64,000 nt of DNA from Candidatus Uhrbacteria bacterium RIFOXYB12_FULL_58_10 (GTDB lineage: Bacteria > Patescibacteriota > Patescibacteriia > UBA9934 > GWF2-40-263). The stretch lies in contig CALRHL010000001.1 of NCBI GenBank assembly GCA_943359455.1, forward strand, positions 21,184 through 85,183, given 5' to 3'. The notes beneath the pieces were generated by a model. It had not been told where the DNA came from. It was given only the letters and a program-made list of their open reading frames with translations, and did not search any database. Shown piece after piece: positions 32,306-40,918 of this stretch (position 1 is the first letter of the stretch; every line of letters begins with the position of its first letter). The position numbers were made by a program, and so were the translations under genes.

Positions 32306-33349
32306 TTACGCGTCGAGCGTTGGTTCGGTGCCCTCGGTGGCAATTTCGGTTGCGTGTCTGGTATCACCTTCGGTTTCTGAAGGCAGACCGAGACGACGAC
32401 GCTCGTTGTAGGTGTATTCCTCGATATTCATCGAGATCAACCTGCCAAGAAATGCATCCAAAGCCTCCTCGATCTCTTCAACACGATCTGGGTGAAGATG
32501 GACGATGCGATCTAGACACCATCCGAGCAGACGGACAAGTTTCGTCGGTCCACTCCTGACAGGCGGCGCGGTGCCAGGCTCTAGAACAGGGACAATCTGC
32601 TTCTTGTAATCCGGAATCTCTGCAGATTGGAACCACAGAATGTCGACCGTCGGTTGGATCGTCTTTTCCCGAATCATTCCATCCTTCGTGCAGTGAACGA
32701 CTGCGTCTCGTTTGACAACGGCCACCTTCGCATCTGCTTCAAACACATGACGAAACCCAGCCTTCCGTGCCGAAGACGATTTTCCGTATCGTCTGAAAAC
32801 AACAGCTGGCTCCTCTCTTGATCGAACGTACAGGAGCGGCTCACCAAAACGCGGGGTGATCATTGCGACAACTTCATCATTCTCGATGGTGCGAACAGGA
32901 ATGACTCGATGCGATGCGATCCGACAGGCGTTTGCCATGTAGGCAGCATCTTCTGCCCGATCTCGGTCTTCCTTATTCAAGAACTCAGGCTTGAATCCTG
33001 CAAGCTGGCCCTTCACCGCATCCCCAATCGTGACATGAGCACTGCTTTGTTTTTGCGTTCGCACTGGTCGATCCTGGTACGGACGCGATACGGGTCGTTC
33101 GACTAGTGTTTCCGTCACCTCAGCCACATTGTCACAGACGATCTGGCGAGTTCCTACACGAGAAGGAACAAATGTCTTTGGTGCATCACTGACTTGCCCC
33201 TGTTCAGATCCAGCAATGACTTCCGACTCCTCGGTCTCTCGAAATGTCTCTGCTGGTGCCATCGCAACCGGCATGACATTGTCGATCACGACCATTCGAC
33301 GCACACGCGGCGCCATTTGCGTAGGAACAACAACATGTTTCTTTGCCAA
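32306..33349 (-). CDS. hypothetical 347-aa protein, first gene of the Nudix / radical-SAM / kinase cluster
   Basis: ORF track; no recognisable domain. Confidence 0.5.
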   Translation of the reverse strand: MAKKHVVVPTQMAPRVRRMVVIDNVMPVAMAPAETFRETEESEVIAGSEQGQVSDAPKTFVPSRVGTRQIVCDNVAEVTETLVERPVSRPYQDRPVRTQKQSSAHVTIGDAVKGQLAGFKPEFLNKEDRDRAEDAAYMANACRIASHRVIPVRTIENDEVVAMITPRFGEPLLYVRSREEPAVVFRRYGKSSSARKAGFRHVFEADAKVAVVKRDAVVHCTKDGMIREKTIQPTVDILWFQSAEIPDYKKQIVPVLEPGTAPPVRSGPTKLVRLLGWCLDRIVHLHPDRVEEIEEALDAFLGRLISMNIEEYTYNERRRLGLPSETEGDTRHATEIATEGTEPTLDA

Positions 33350-33421
33350 GAGAACTCCACAAGGTTAAGGTTGGAAGATCTTTTTAGCACCCAGCTCAAA
33401 ATAAGCGGCGCTAAAGTATAA

Positions 33422-33450
33422 AATTTATCATTAAATCAGCATTTTGTCAA
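33422..33450 (-). promoter_or_regulatory. minus-strand promoter TTGACA-17-TAAATT upstream of the cluster
   Basis: read from the reverse complement. Confidence 0.4.
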
Positions 33451-33551
33451 CCATTTCGTTCTTTTGTTCGTCCTTTCATCATTTCTGTGATAAAATATCG
33501 TTGATTTTTCTATTTGCTTTTCAATCTTGTCTCTTGATTCTTTTTATCTCT

Positions 33552-35774
33552 ATGTCCCGAAAACCGAAAAATAAGCGATCACAGGAATCCCATCCATCAC
33601 GTCCACGTATTGAGCTTGATCCAGAAACGCGTCGTGGGATTAGCGCCGTGCTCCTGTTTGCTTTTTCTGCACTTCTTTTTCTCTCCTTTTTTCAAATTGC
33701 CGGAACACTTGGGTCCTACGTCGACCACTACGCATCTCTTCTTTTTGGATGGGATCGTTTCCTCGTCCCTCTCCTTTGTATCATCATCGGTGCATCCTCC
33801 ATGTATCCCGATCGCGGTCGGCTTTCGACCTGGAATTATCTCGGCATTCTTTTTTTCTTTTTGTCTTTTAACGCGCTCATGAATTTAATCCCTGCAATGA
33901 GTGCATACTCACTACTTCCTGGCGGCTACATTGGACAATTTCTTGCAACGATCCTTCCAAATATTGTTGGTTATTGGGGAGCGATCGTCACAGTGTGTGC
34001 GCTTCTTGTGGTTTCCATCATGCTTACCTTCAACACGTCGTTGCGTAACATGCTTGGACTTCATACACATATCACTGGGAGGTTTGGAGAGATGTTGCAT
34101 CGGTCGGAGATGAAATCTGTGGAGGAGAATGATGAAGAAGGTCAGCCAGAAGGAGAAATATCAGATACAAGGCCATCAGACGATATTGAAGAAGAAATCG
34201 AGGAGCCAGAACCTGTATTTCGAACAAAAACATTGATTGAATCAGAACGCTCGCAGCCAGAGCGCGCGCTGACAACAAAAAATATTCGAAAAATGGCGAT
34301 TCCACTTGATCTTTTGGAGTACCGTGCAAACAATGCGAACTCAGGAGATCTTGAACGCAATATTGAAATTATTTCTCGTACATTTGAGCAGTTTGGCATT
34401 CCTGTTGAAATGAGCGAGACCGCAACTGGTCCGACCGTCACGCAATACACCCTTCGACCATCACAAGGAATTAAACTCTCTCGCATCGTTGGACTACAAA
34501 ACGACCTTGCGCTTGCTCTTGCAGCGCATCCAATTCGTATCGAAGCACCAATTCCAGGAAAGTCTCTCGTTGGAATTGAAGTTCCAAACCAGACGATCGC
34601 AACGGTGAGTCTCCGCGAGCTTATGGAGTCAAAACCATTTAAGACTCGCACGAGTAACACAACGATCCCCCTTGGAAAAGATGTCTCAGGAATCACTTGG
34701 ACCGCCGCGCTTGAAAAAATGCCACATCTGCTTGTCGCTGGAGCGACTGGGTCTGGAAAGTCTGTTTGTTTGAACACCATTATTGTTTCCTTATTGTACG
34801 AAAATGGTCCAGATGAATTGAAGTTGATTCTTGTCGATCCAAAGCGTGTCGAAATGAAAATGTACGAAGGTATTCCACATCTGCTCGTTCCACCGATCAC
34901 AAAGGCCGACGACACCATCAATGCTCTCAAATGGACGGTACGTGAAATGGAACGTCGACTCGATGTGCTTTCAAAATTTGGTGCACGAGATATCAGCTCT
35001 TACAATGCAAAAGCCGAAGAAAAAATGCCAAAGATTGTCGTCATCATCGATGAACTTGCAGATTTGATGACCGCAAGTGGTCGCGAAGTCGAAGGAACAA
35101 TTATTCGTATCGCACAGATGGCTCGGGCCATTGGAATTCACCTCGTGCTTGCCACGCAACGACCATCTGTCGATGTCATTACCGGTTTGATCAAGGCAAA
35201 CTTCCCTGCACGCATCGCCTTTGCGGTTGCATCTCAAATGGACTCGCGAACAATTCTTGATTGTGCAGGAGCAGAAAAATTACTTGGTCGCGGCGACATG
35301 TTGTATACGAGTGCAGAATTGTCAAAACCAAAACGTTTGCAAGGTGCATACCTGTCTGATTCTGAAATCGAACGTATCGTTGCGTTTTTGAAACAGGAAG
35401 GCGTACCAGATTACAACTACGCAATTACAGAAACCGCTCGAACAGGAACAATTCTAGATGACGGAGACGGCGATGAACCACTGCTCGATGAAGCTGTTCA
35501 AGCAATCATCCAGGCAGGTCGCGCCTCGACATCGCTCTTGCAACGCCGTCTGAAAATTGGCTACGGCCGCGCCGCTCGCATCATGGACTTGCTTGAAGAG
35601 AAGGGTGTCATCGGCGCTGGCGAAGGAGCAAAACCACGAGAAGTCCTCGTCACCGAATGGCCCCCCGAGTCCGAAGAAATCGCTGAGTCCATTCCAACCG
35701 CTCAATCTGACCTCGACGAAGTCGATTCTGTCCTTGACGAACCCCCCGATCCAGCAGATGATATTCGTACATAG
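33552..35774 (+). CDS. ftsK: DNA translocase FtsK/SpoIIIE
   Basis: N-terminal TM helices; Walker A VAGATGSGKSV; Walker B VVIIDELADL; C-terminal gamma domain LLQRRLKIGYGRAARIMDLLEEKGVIG; start reset to MSRKPKNK. Confidence 0.9.
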   Translation: MSRKPKNKRSQESHPSRPRIELDPETRRGISAVLLFAFSALLFLSFFQIAGTLGSYVDHYASLLFGWDRFLVPLLCIIIGASSMYPDRGRLSTWNYLGILFFFLSFNALMNLIPAMSAYSLLPGGYIGQFLATILPNIVGYWGAIVTVCALLVVSIMLTFNTSLRNMLGLHTHITGRFGEMLHRSEMKSVEENDEEGQPEGEISDTRPSDDIEEEIEEPEPVFRTKTLIESERSQPERALTTKNIRKMAIPLDLLEYRANNANSGDLERNIEIISRTFEQFGIPVEMSETATGPTVTQYTLRPSQGIKLSRIVGLQNDLALALAAHPIRIEAPIPGKSLVGIEVPNQTIATVSLRELMESKPFKTRTSNTTIPLGKDVSGITWTAALEKMPHLLVAGATGSGKSVCLNTIIVSLLYENGPDELKLILVDPKRVEMKMYEGIPHLLVPPITKADDTINALKWTVREMERRLDVLSKFGARDISSYNAKAEEKMPKIVVIIDELADLMTASGREVEGTIIRIAQMARAIGIHLVLATQRPSVDVITGLIKANFPARIAFAVASQMDSRTILDCAGAEKLLGRGDMLYTSAELSKPKRLQGAYLSDSEIERIVAFLKQEGVPDYNYAITETARTGTILDDGDGDEPLLDEAVQAIIQAGRASTSLLQRRLKIGYGRAARIMDLLEEKGVIGAGEGAKPREVLVTEWPPESEEIAESIPTAQSDLDEVDSVLDEPPDPADDIRT

Positions 35775-35775
35775 C

Positions 35776-36489
35776 ATGTCTTTCACCATCCGCAAACTCA
35801 ACTCCTCCAAAACGCTTGGGGAAGAAATCCACGAGCTTCGTCGCGCGACCGGTTTAACGTTGTCTGAGATGGAAGCAAAAACAAAGGTGCGTCGTGTCTT
35901 CCTCAACGCGTTTGAAACAAACTCCTACGAAAAACTTCCGGAAACACTGTATGCAAAAAACTATCTTCGCAACTATTTGCGTGGACTTGGTGTTCCAGAA
36001 GCCGACTACTATCTCAAACGATGGGAAGAGCAACGTGGCACATGCGACTTTGTCGACGCCGCTCGACTTCCACGACAACGTATTCGTGCACGTGCATTTC
36101 TCGTCATGAGCCGCTTCGTCAAAATCGCAGGAGTCGCTGCTGTCCTTCTTGCAATCACCTCCTACATCGGCCATGAAGTCAGAGCCATCACCTCTGCCCC
36201 AGACCTTGTGGTGTACGGACCGCTTGATGGCGAGGCAACAACAGACGCAACAATCGTCGTAACAGGCCAAACTGATCCAGACACACAAATCAAAATTAAT
36301 GGCGAATACGTTCTCTCAAACTCCGACGGAACGTTTGAATCCTCTGTCCTCCTCGAACGCGGATTGAATCTCATCAAAATCGAAGGTGCAAAACGCTACT
36401 CGCGATCGTCGACGGAGTATCGAAGAGTCGTGCTGGAAGAGGCGAAGAATACAGCGCTATCTGACACGGATCCTTTACTTATTCCCTGA
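35776..36489 (+). CDS. rodZ: RodZ-like HTH cytoskeleton protein
   Basis: LGEEIHELRRATGLTLSEMEAKTKVRRVFLNAFE...YAKNYLRNYLRGLGV matches the RodZ HTH region, followed by a TM helix; start reset to an internal ATG one nt after the ftsK stop. Confidence 0.65.
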   Translation: MSFTIRKLNSSKTLGEEIHELRRATGLTLSEMEAKTKVRRVFLNAFETNSYEKLPETLYAKNYLRNYLRGLGVPEADYYLKRWEEQRGTCDFVDAARLPRQRIRARAFLVMSRFVKIAGVAAVLLAITSYIGHEVRAITSAPDLVVYGPLDGEATTDATIVVTGQTDPDTQIKINGEYVLSNSDGTFESSVLLERGLNLIKIEGAKRYSRSSTEYRRVVLEEAKNTALSDTDPLLIP

Positions 36490-36516
36490 GCGAAGCAAAG
36501 CGAAGTCGAAGGGTAC

Positions 36517-36542
36517 AAATCAGACCTCGGTCTGATTTTTTG
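36517..36542 (+). terminator. intrinsic terminator after the rodZ-like gene
   Basis: aaatcagacc-tcg-gtctgattttttg. Confidence 0.55.
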
Positions 36543-36558
36543 TTATACTATCATCGAT

Positions 36559-38304
36559 ATGCCGGACCCGCGACGAGGACAGCATCAGCCGAGTGAACTT
36601 GATCAAACTGGTCAGGAGTTTTTGGATGCGCAGGCGGTGAAACACCCAGACTCCGTCGGTGAGTTGAAACAAGCGACTGAGTCGTCGGCTCGAACGGTGG
36701 AAGCGGTGCTTGGGGATACGAAAACGTTGGATGAATGGATTGAATTGAGTGTGAATTTGGAAGAATTGTTTCTCGAAGAAGCTGATGGAGCGCTTGGGAA
36801 AAAACTTATTGAACTATCCGCGCTTGATGATGCGGAATTCACCCAAAGACGAGAGGAGGCTGAAACGATTGTGAAACAAAGCGCGGATGCGGCGTCGCAT
36901 TTATACCCACTTATTCACCGACTCCAGACACTTGGATTTGCATCAAACCGCGAAGAGACCGTTCGAAAACTATCTGTCGGGGATTTGATCACCACAGAAA
37001 AAGTCCACGGTGTTTCTATTGTTCCTGTCCGCACAACCATAATCGGTCTCTTGCATCATCTCGACAAGCGTCTTCGTTCAAATATCTGGTCACTTGAATA
37101 TCCCCCAGAAATCCCACCAACCATCGTGGTTACAGATCCGTTTGATGCGCATGCAACAGAAGAACATTGGAAACGACTGATCCTCACAAAGCGTGAAATG
37201 TTTCCGGACGAAACTCACTCAATCCTCACGATTAGTGGAGACAAGACGATTGCGATTGCGTGGGAGATTGAAAATATTTTAGAGAAGACAAATGATCAGG
37301 ATTTGAAACAGGCCGCGACGGTGCTCGTTGAGTTTCTAAACCGAAAAGCGATGTACTACCAAGACCCTGATCCGCGTGATTTTGAACTGTATCACCTCGG
37401 CATGGAGCAACCGGAAGATTTGATGAAAATATTTCATTCACTCGACACGATCAAACACAAAGATCCAGAACTGTTTTTAGAAATACTCGGGGTAAATCCA
37501 GAAGACGGCGGTCGTTCGTCGTACTTTGGATCGCTTTTGCACAAAGCGATTTACAATACACAAATGGCGGTCGAACGAGCCGGACCAGAGCTCGGTGAGT
37601 TGGCGATCCGGACGATGATGAAACAGTTAATGACAATGTCCGCACATGTAAAAACGTATGCGGGAATTGTCTCGCAAGAATCGTTAAAAGCACTGGCGGG
37701 AGAAATGCGGAAAAAACTTGAAGGGGTGAAAGGGGAAGAGAGAGGAAAGATGCTCGCCATGATGGCTGTGCCGTTCTTACCGCTCGCGATTGATTCGGAG
37801 GTGCATCGTCAACTCGAATCTCTCCGCGAGACGAGTATGGAAACGGTCAGTGCTGACTTAAAACGTCGTATTGATGATACCGAACACCCACTCAAATTAC
37901 TCGAATTCATTGCAAACATGCCTACCATTGCATTCAATCTGCCAGAGATTCGAAAACCACTCGAACAACTATATCCTGGCAAACGAATCGATGGACCACT
38001 CCTTCAAAAACTTTGTCGCGAGCGAGATCGTGAAATTCTGTTACCATTGTACGATCGAATACCACTCGTTGACGAAACAAAAAAAGACCTTGGAGTCAAT
38101 CATCTTCTAAAATCACTCGTCGATGATTCCCTAGCTCTTGAAGGACGTTTTGCACGAGCAGGTATTTTTGCCACAAAACAAGTTCTTCGTTACCAAGGAA
38201 AAATGATAAAAGCTCTAGGTGAACGTGAACAAAGTGTTTACGATACAGTCGTCCTTGAAGAAGAGCATCCAGGGTTTCAACTATTATTTTACTATTTTCA
38301 ATGA
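36559..38304 (+). CDS. hypothetical 581-aa cytoplasmic protein
   Basis: ORF track; TATACT -10 box ~10 nt upstream of the ATG; no recognisable domain. Confidence 0.5.
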   Translation: MPDPRRGQHQPSELDQTGQEFLDAQAVKHPDSVGELKQATESSARTVEAVLGDTKTLDEWIELSVNLEELFLEEADGALGKKLIELSALDDAEFTQRREEAETIVKQSADAASHLYPLIHRLQTLGFASNREETVRKLSVGDLITTEKVHGVSIVPVRTTIIGLLHHLDKRLRSNIWSLEYPPEIPPTIVVTDPFDAHATEEHWKRLILTKREMFPDETHSILTISGDKTIAIAWEIENILEKTNDQDLKQAATVLVEFLNRKAMYYQDPDPRDFELYHLGMEQPEDLMKIFHSLDTIKHKDPELFLEILGVNPEDGGRSSYFGSLLHKAIYNTQMAVERAGPELGELAIRTMMKQLMTMSAHVKTYAGIVSQESLKALAGEMRKKLEGVKGEERGKMLAMMAVPFLPLAIDSEVHRQLESLRETSMETVSADLKRRIDDTEHPLKLLEFIANMPTIAFNLPEIRKPLEQLYPGKRIDGPLLQKLCRERDREILLPLYDRIPLVDETKKDLGVNHLLKSLVDDSLALEGRFARAGIFATKQVLRYQGKMIKALGEREQSVYDTVVLEEEHPGFQLLFYYFQ

Positions 38305-38310
38305 AGATGC

Positions 38311-39201
38311 TTGCCGGAAGATTTTCTCGAAAGATATTTCGATCACCGCACCGTGTTAGAAAGACGATTTCTTGACGCAGTCAAGCAGCGAATTTTTCGT
38401 GCAAGAGAATTTCCTGTTGTACCAATTCGCCCTGACGATCGAGCATATTTACTCGGACAGACACTCGTCGAACTCATCAAAAAAGGCGGAGGAGCAAAAG
38501 ATATTGTTGAGTCACAAGCAAACCAACTCGTTCAGTTGGCGAAACATGAAGAAAAAAATTTTGCTGACACGGTATTTCTGAGCATGCTTGCTTATGAGGG
38601 TGACGAGCAAATTGCCTTCACATTGTTCAGCACCTTCTGCGACCTGATTCCAGCAGAACGACTGTATCAGATACTCCAACTTGAGTCTCAACAAGTCAAA
38701 AAATTCAAAGAAATGTTTTTGGCGAAACCTATGCCGATCACGAAGGCGTATGTTGAGTATGTACGAGAAGTATTTAACTTTCGTCATTCTGGGCCAGCGC
38801 GATTGCAATGGTACGAACATCAACGAAAAATTGAAATGTATGCGAGACTTAATCGAGCACTCATTGACGGAGTGTCACCACTGACATTTTCTTTGACAAC
38901 TCATGAGTCTCCCTCCTCAAAAATCCAGGTGGACTTATTCGATATTCTGAACGAACTCACTATTGTATCGTACAACAAACATTTTGTATGGTTTTCTCCA
39001 GAAGTCCTTCTGACGATACAAAAAACATTGTTTGAACTTCCAGAAGAACAAAAGTTATATGCACGTAATAAATTCAAAGACTACCTGGGTGGAGAGATAA
39101 CTATAGACGACCTCACAATCGCGATGATTTCTGTCATGACAAACAAATACTTGCGTCCTGGTTGGCCGAAAGATAAAAGAAATGCTTCAAACCATTCTTA
39201 A
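38311..39201 (+). CDS. hypothetical 296-aa protein, likely co-transcribed with 36559..38304 (6-nt gap)
   Basis: ORF track; no recognisable domain. Confidence 0.5.
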   Translation: MPEDFLERYFDHRTVLERRFLDAVKQRIFRAREFPVVPIRPDDRAYLLGQTLVELIKKGGGAKDIVESQANQLVQLAKHEEKNFADTVFLSMLAYEGDEQIAFTLFSTFCDLIPAERLYQILQLESQQVKKFKEMFLAKPMPITKAYVEYVREVFNFRHSGPARLQWYEHQRKIEMYARLNRALIDGVSPLTFSLTTHESPSSKIQVDLFDILNELTIVSYNKHFVWFSPEVLLTIQKTLFELPEEQKLYARNKFKDYLGGEITIDDLTIAMISVMTNKYLRPGWPKDKRNASNHS

Positions 39202-39206
39202 ACAAA

Positions 39207-39243
39207 AACTCAAAACTCGACCATGACGGCCGAGTTTTGAGTT
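39207..39243. terminator. bidirectional terminator with 13-bp stem
   Basis: aactcaaaactcg ... cgagttttgagtt. Confidence 0.55.
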
Positions 39244-39597
39244 TCAGGCATGTGAGACTTCAAGCTTATGCAATCGTATCTCAATCTTTGTCGCGAAACT
39301 ATTGAACATCAAATGTGTTTCCTCAATTGACTCTTTCAATGTCCGATAAACTGCATCGATCTTTGAATCCAATCGTAAAATGTCGTTCTTTATTCCAGTT
39401 ATCTCACCTTTAATGCTTGTTATCTCACCCTTAATGCCAGTTATCTCACTCTTAATGCCGTTGATCTCACCATTAATGCCAGTTATCTCACCTTTGACGC
39501 CAATGATCTCACCCTCAATCCCCACGATTCTCGTATTCATGGTGATGAGGTAACTCATTAGATCTTGATTTGTTGGTTGAATATTCATATCCTCCAT
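39244..39597 (-). CDS. small protein with 8 tandem heptads I-x-G-I-K-G-E (coiled-coil-like) immediately downstream of recA
   Basis: IVGIEGE IIGVKGE ITGINGE INGIKSE ITGIKGE ITSIKGE ITGIKND ILRLDSK. Confidence 0.55.
   Translation of the reverse strand: MEDMNIQPTNQDLMSYLITMNTRIVGIEGEIIGVKGEITGINGEINGIKSEITGIKGEITSIKGEITGIKNDILRLDSKIDAVYRTLKESIEETHLMFNSFATKIEIRLHKLEVSHA
39394..39523. repeat. six to seven tandem 21-bp repeats (ttatctcacctttaatgccag consensus) that encode the heptads
   Basis: read directly. Confidence 0.7.
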
Positions 39598-39617
39598 TTT
39601 ATTGAATTAATTCTATT

Positions 39618-40679
39618 CTACTCCCCATCCCCCTCGCTTACCACCGCAGGTGTCATTGCTTCTCCGCTCTCGATTTTTTTCTCGATGGCTTTGCGAATAT
39701 CTTTCATGGTTTTCGGATGCTCTTTCAAATAGTTCTTCGCATTCTCACGTCCAAGGCCGAGTTTTTCTTCACCAAACGAGTACGAATTTCCGCTCTTTCC
39801 AACGACACCAGCTGGGACACCAACGTCGAGCAAATCTCCCGAGATTGAAATCCCTTCGTTGTACATTATATCGAATTCACACGTGCGGAATGGGGGCGCG
39901 ACTTTGTTTTTGACGATTTTAACCTTCGTTCGATTCCCAATAATTTTCTCTGCCTGTTTAATTTGTGCGGAACGTCGAATCTCGATGCGGACAGACGCGT
40001 AAAACTTCAATGCATTGCCTCCCGTTGTCGTTTCTGGATTTCCAAACATCACGCCTATCTTCATGCGAATCTGATTGATAAAAATAACGGTGCAGTGCGA
40101 CTTGTTGATGATACCTGCAAGCTTACGAAGTGCTTGTGACATGAGACGTGCTTGGAGTCCCATATGTGAATCTCCCATTTCACCTTCGATTTCTGCTTTC
40201 GGTGTCAGGGCAGCAACAGAGTCAACCACAATAACATCAACGGCATTCGATCGCACGAGTGTTTCGACAATTTCAAGCGCTTGCTCACCATTGTCTGGTT
40301 GAGAAATAAAAAGCTCATTGATATTCACGCCAATTTTCTGCGCATATTCTGGATCAAGTGCATGTTCGGCATCGACGTATGCCGCGAGCCCACCAACTTT
40401 TTGAATTTCTGCAACGATGTGTTGAGCCAATGTCGACTTTCCAGAAGACTCCGGCCCATAAATTTCGATAATACGACCGCGTGGGACACCCATAACTCCA
40501 AGAGCGATATCGAGCGACAAACAACCCGTTGTAATCGAATCAACCTTCATCGTCTTCGCATCTCCAAGACGCATGATCGACCCATCACCAAAACGCTGCT
40601 TAATTTGAGAAATAGCCTCGAGCGCTGCCTTGTTACGCGCATTCCCAGCGTTGACCTCCTCAATAATCTGCTTTGCCAT
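39618..40679 (-). CDS. recA: recombinase RecA
   Basis: [11 protein letters not shown] Walker A; IVVDSVAAL; overall RecA sequence. Confidence 0.95.
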   Translation of the reverse strand: MAKQIIEEVNAGNARNKAALEAISQIKQRFGDGSIMRLGDAKTMKVDSITTGCLSLDIALGVMGVPRGRIIEIYGPESSGKSTLAQHIVAEIQKVGGLAAYVDAEHALDPEYAQKIGVNINELFISQPDNGEQALEIVETLVRSNAVDVIVVDSVAALTPKAEIEGEMGDSHMGLQARLMSQALRKLAGIINKSHCTVIFINQIRMKIGVMFGNPETTTGGNALKFYASVRIEIRRSAQIKQAEKIIGNRTKVKIVKNKVAPPFRTCEFDIMYNEGISISGDLLDVGVPAGVVGKSGNSYSFGEEKLGLGRENAKNYLKEHPKTMKDIRKAIEKKIESGEAMTPAVVSEGDGE

Positions 40680-40918
40680 AATAAAAACGATTACATTGAA
40701 TTACGTTCGGGATCAGTCGTCCCAGAGTACCAAATCGAGCTCGTAAGGACAATCTACCATAATTTAGCTAGGTTGACAAGTATTTTGTTGGTGTTTTAAA
40801 ACAGAGGATATTCAGAATCATCACATCTTCGCCAACCTTCGCATACTTTTCTCTGTCAGAAATTCAAAACATTTTTTCACTCGCTAGGAGTTATCCACTG
40901 TGCTATAATTTCATTAAT

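Noticed and set aside
35557-35775. N-terminal 73-codon extension of the rodZ-like ORF overlapping ftsK
   Set aside because: The extension lies in an alternative frame of the ftsK gamma domain; an internal ATG at 35776 directly after the ftsK stop gives a canonical RodZ HTH N-terminus.
39394-39523. Tandem 21-bp repeats that could be mistaken for a CRISPR-like or minisatellite array
   Set aside because: No spacers of unique sequence; repeats are contiguous, in-frame and encode the heptad protein, so this is a coding tandem repeat and not a CRISPR array.
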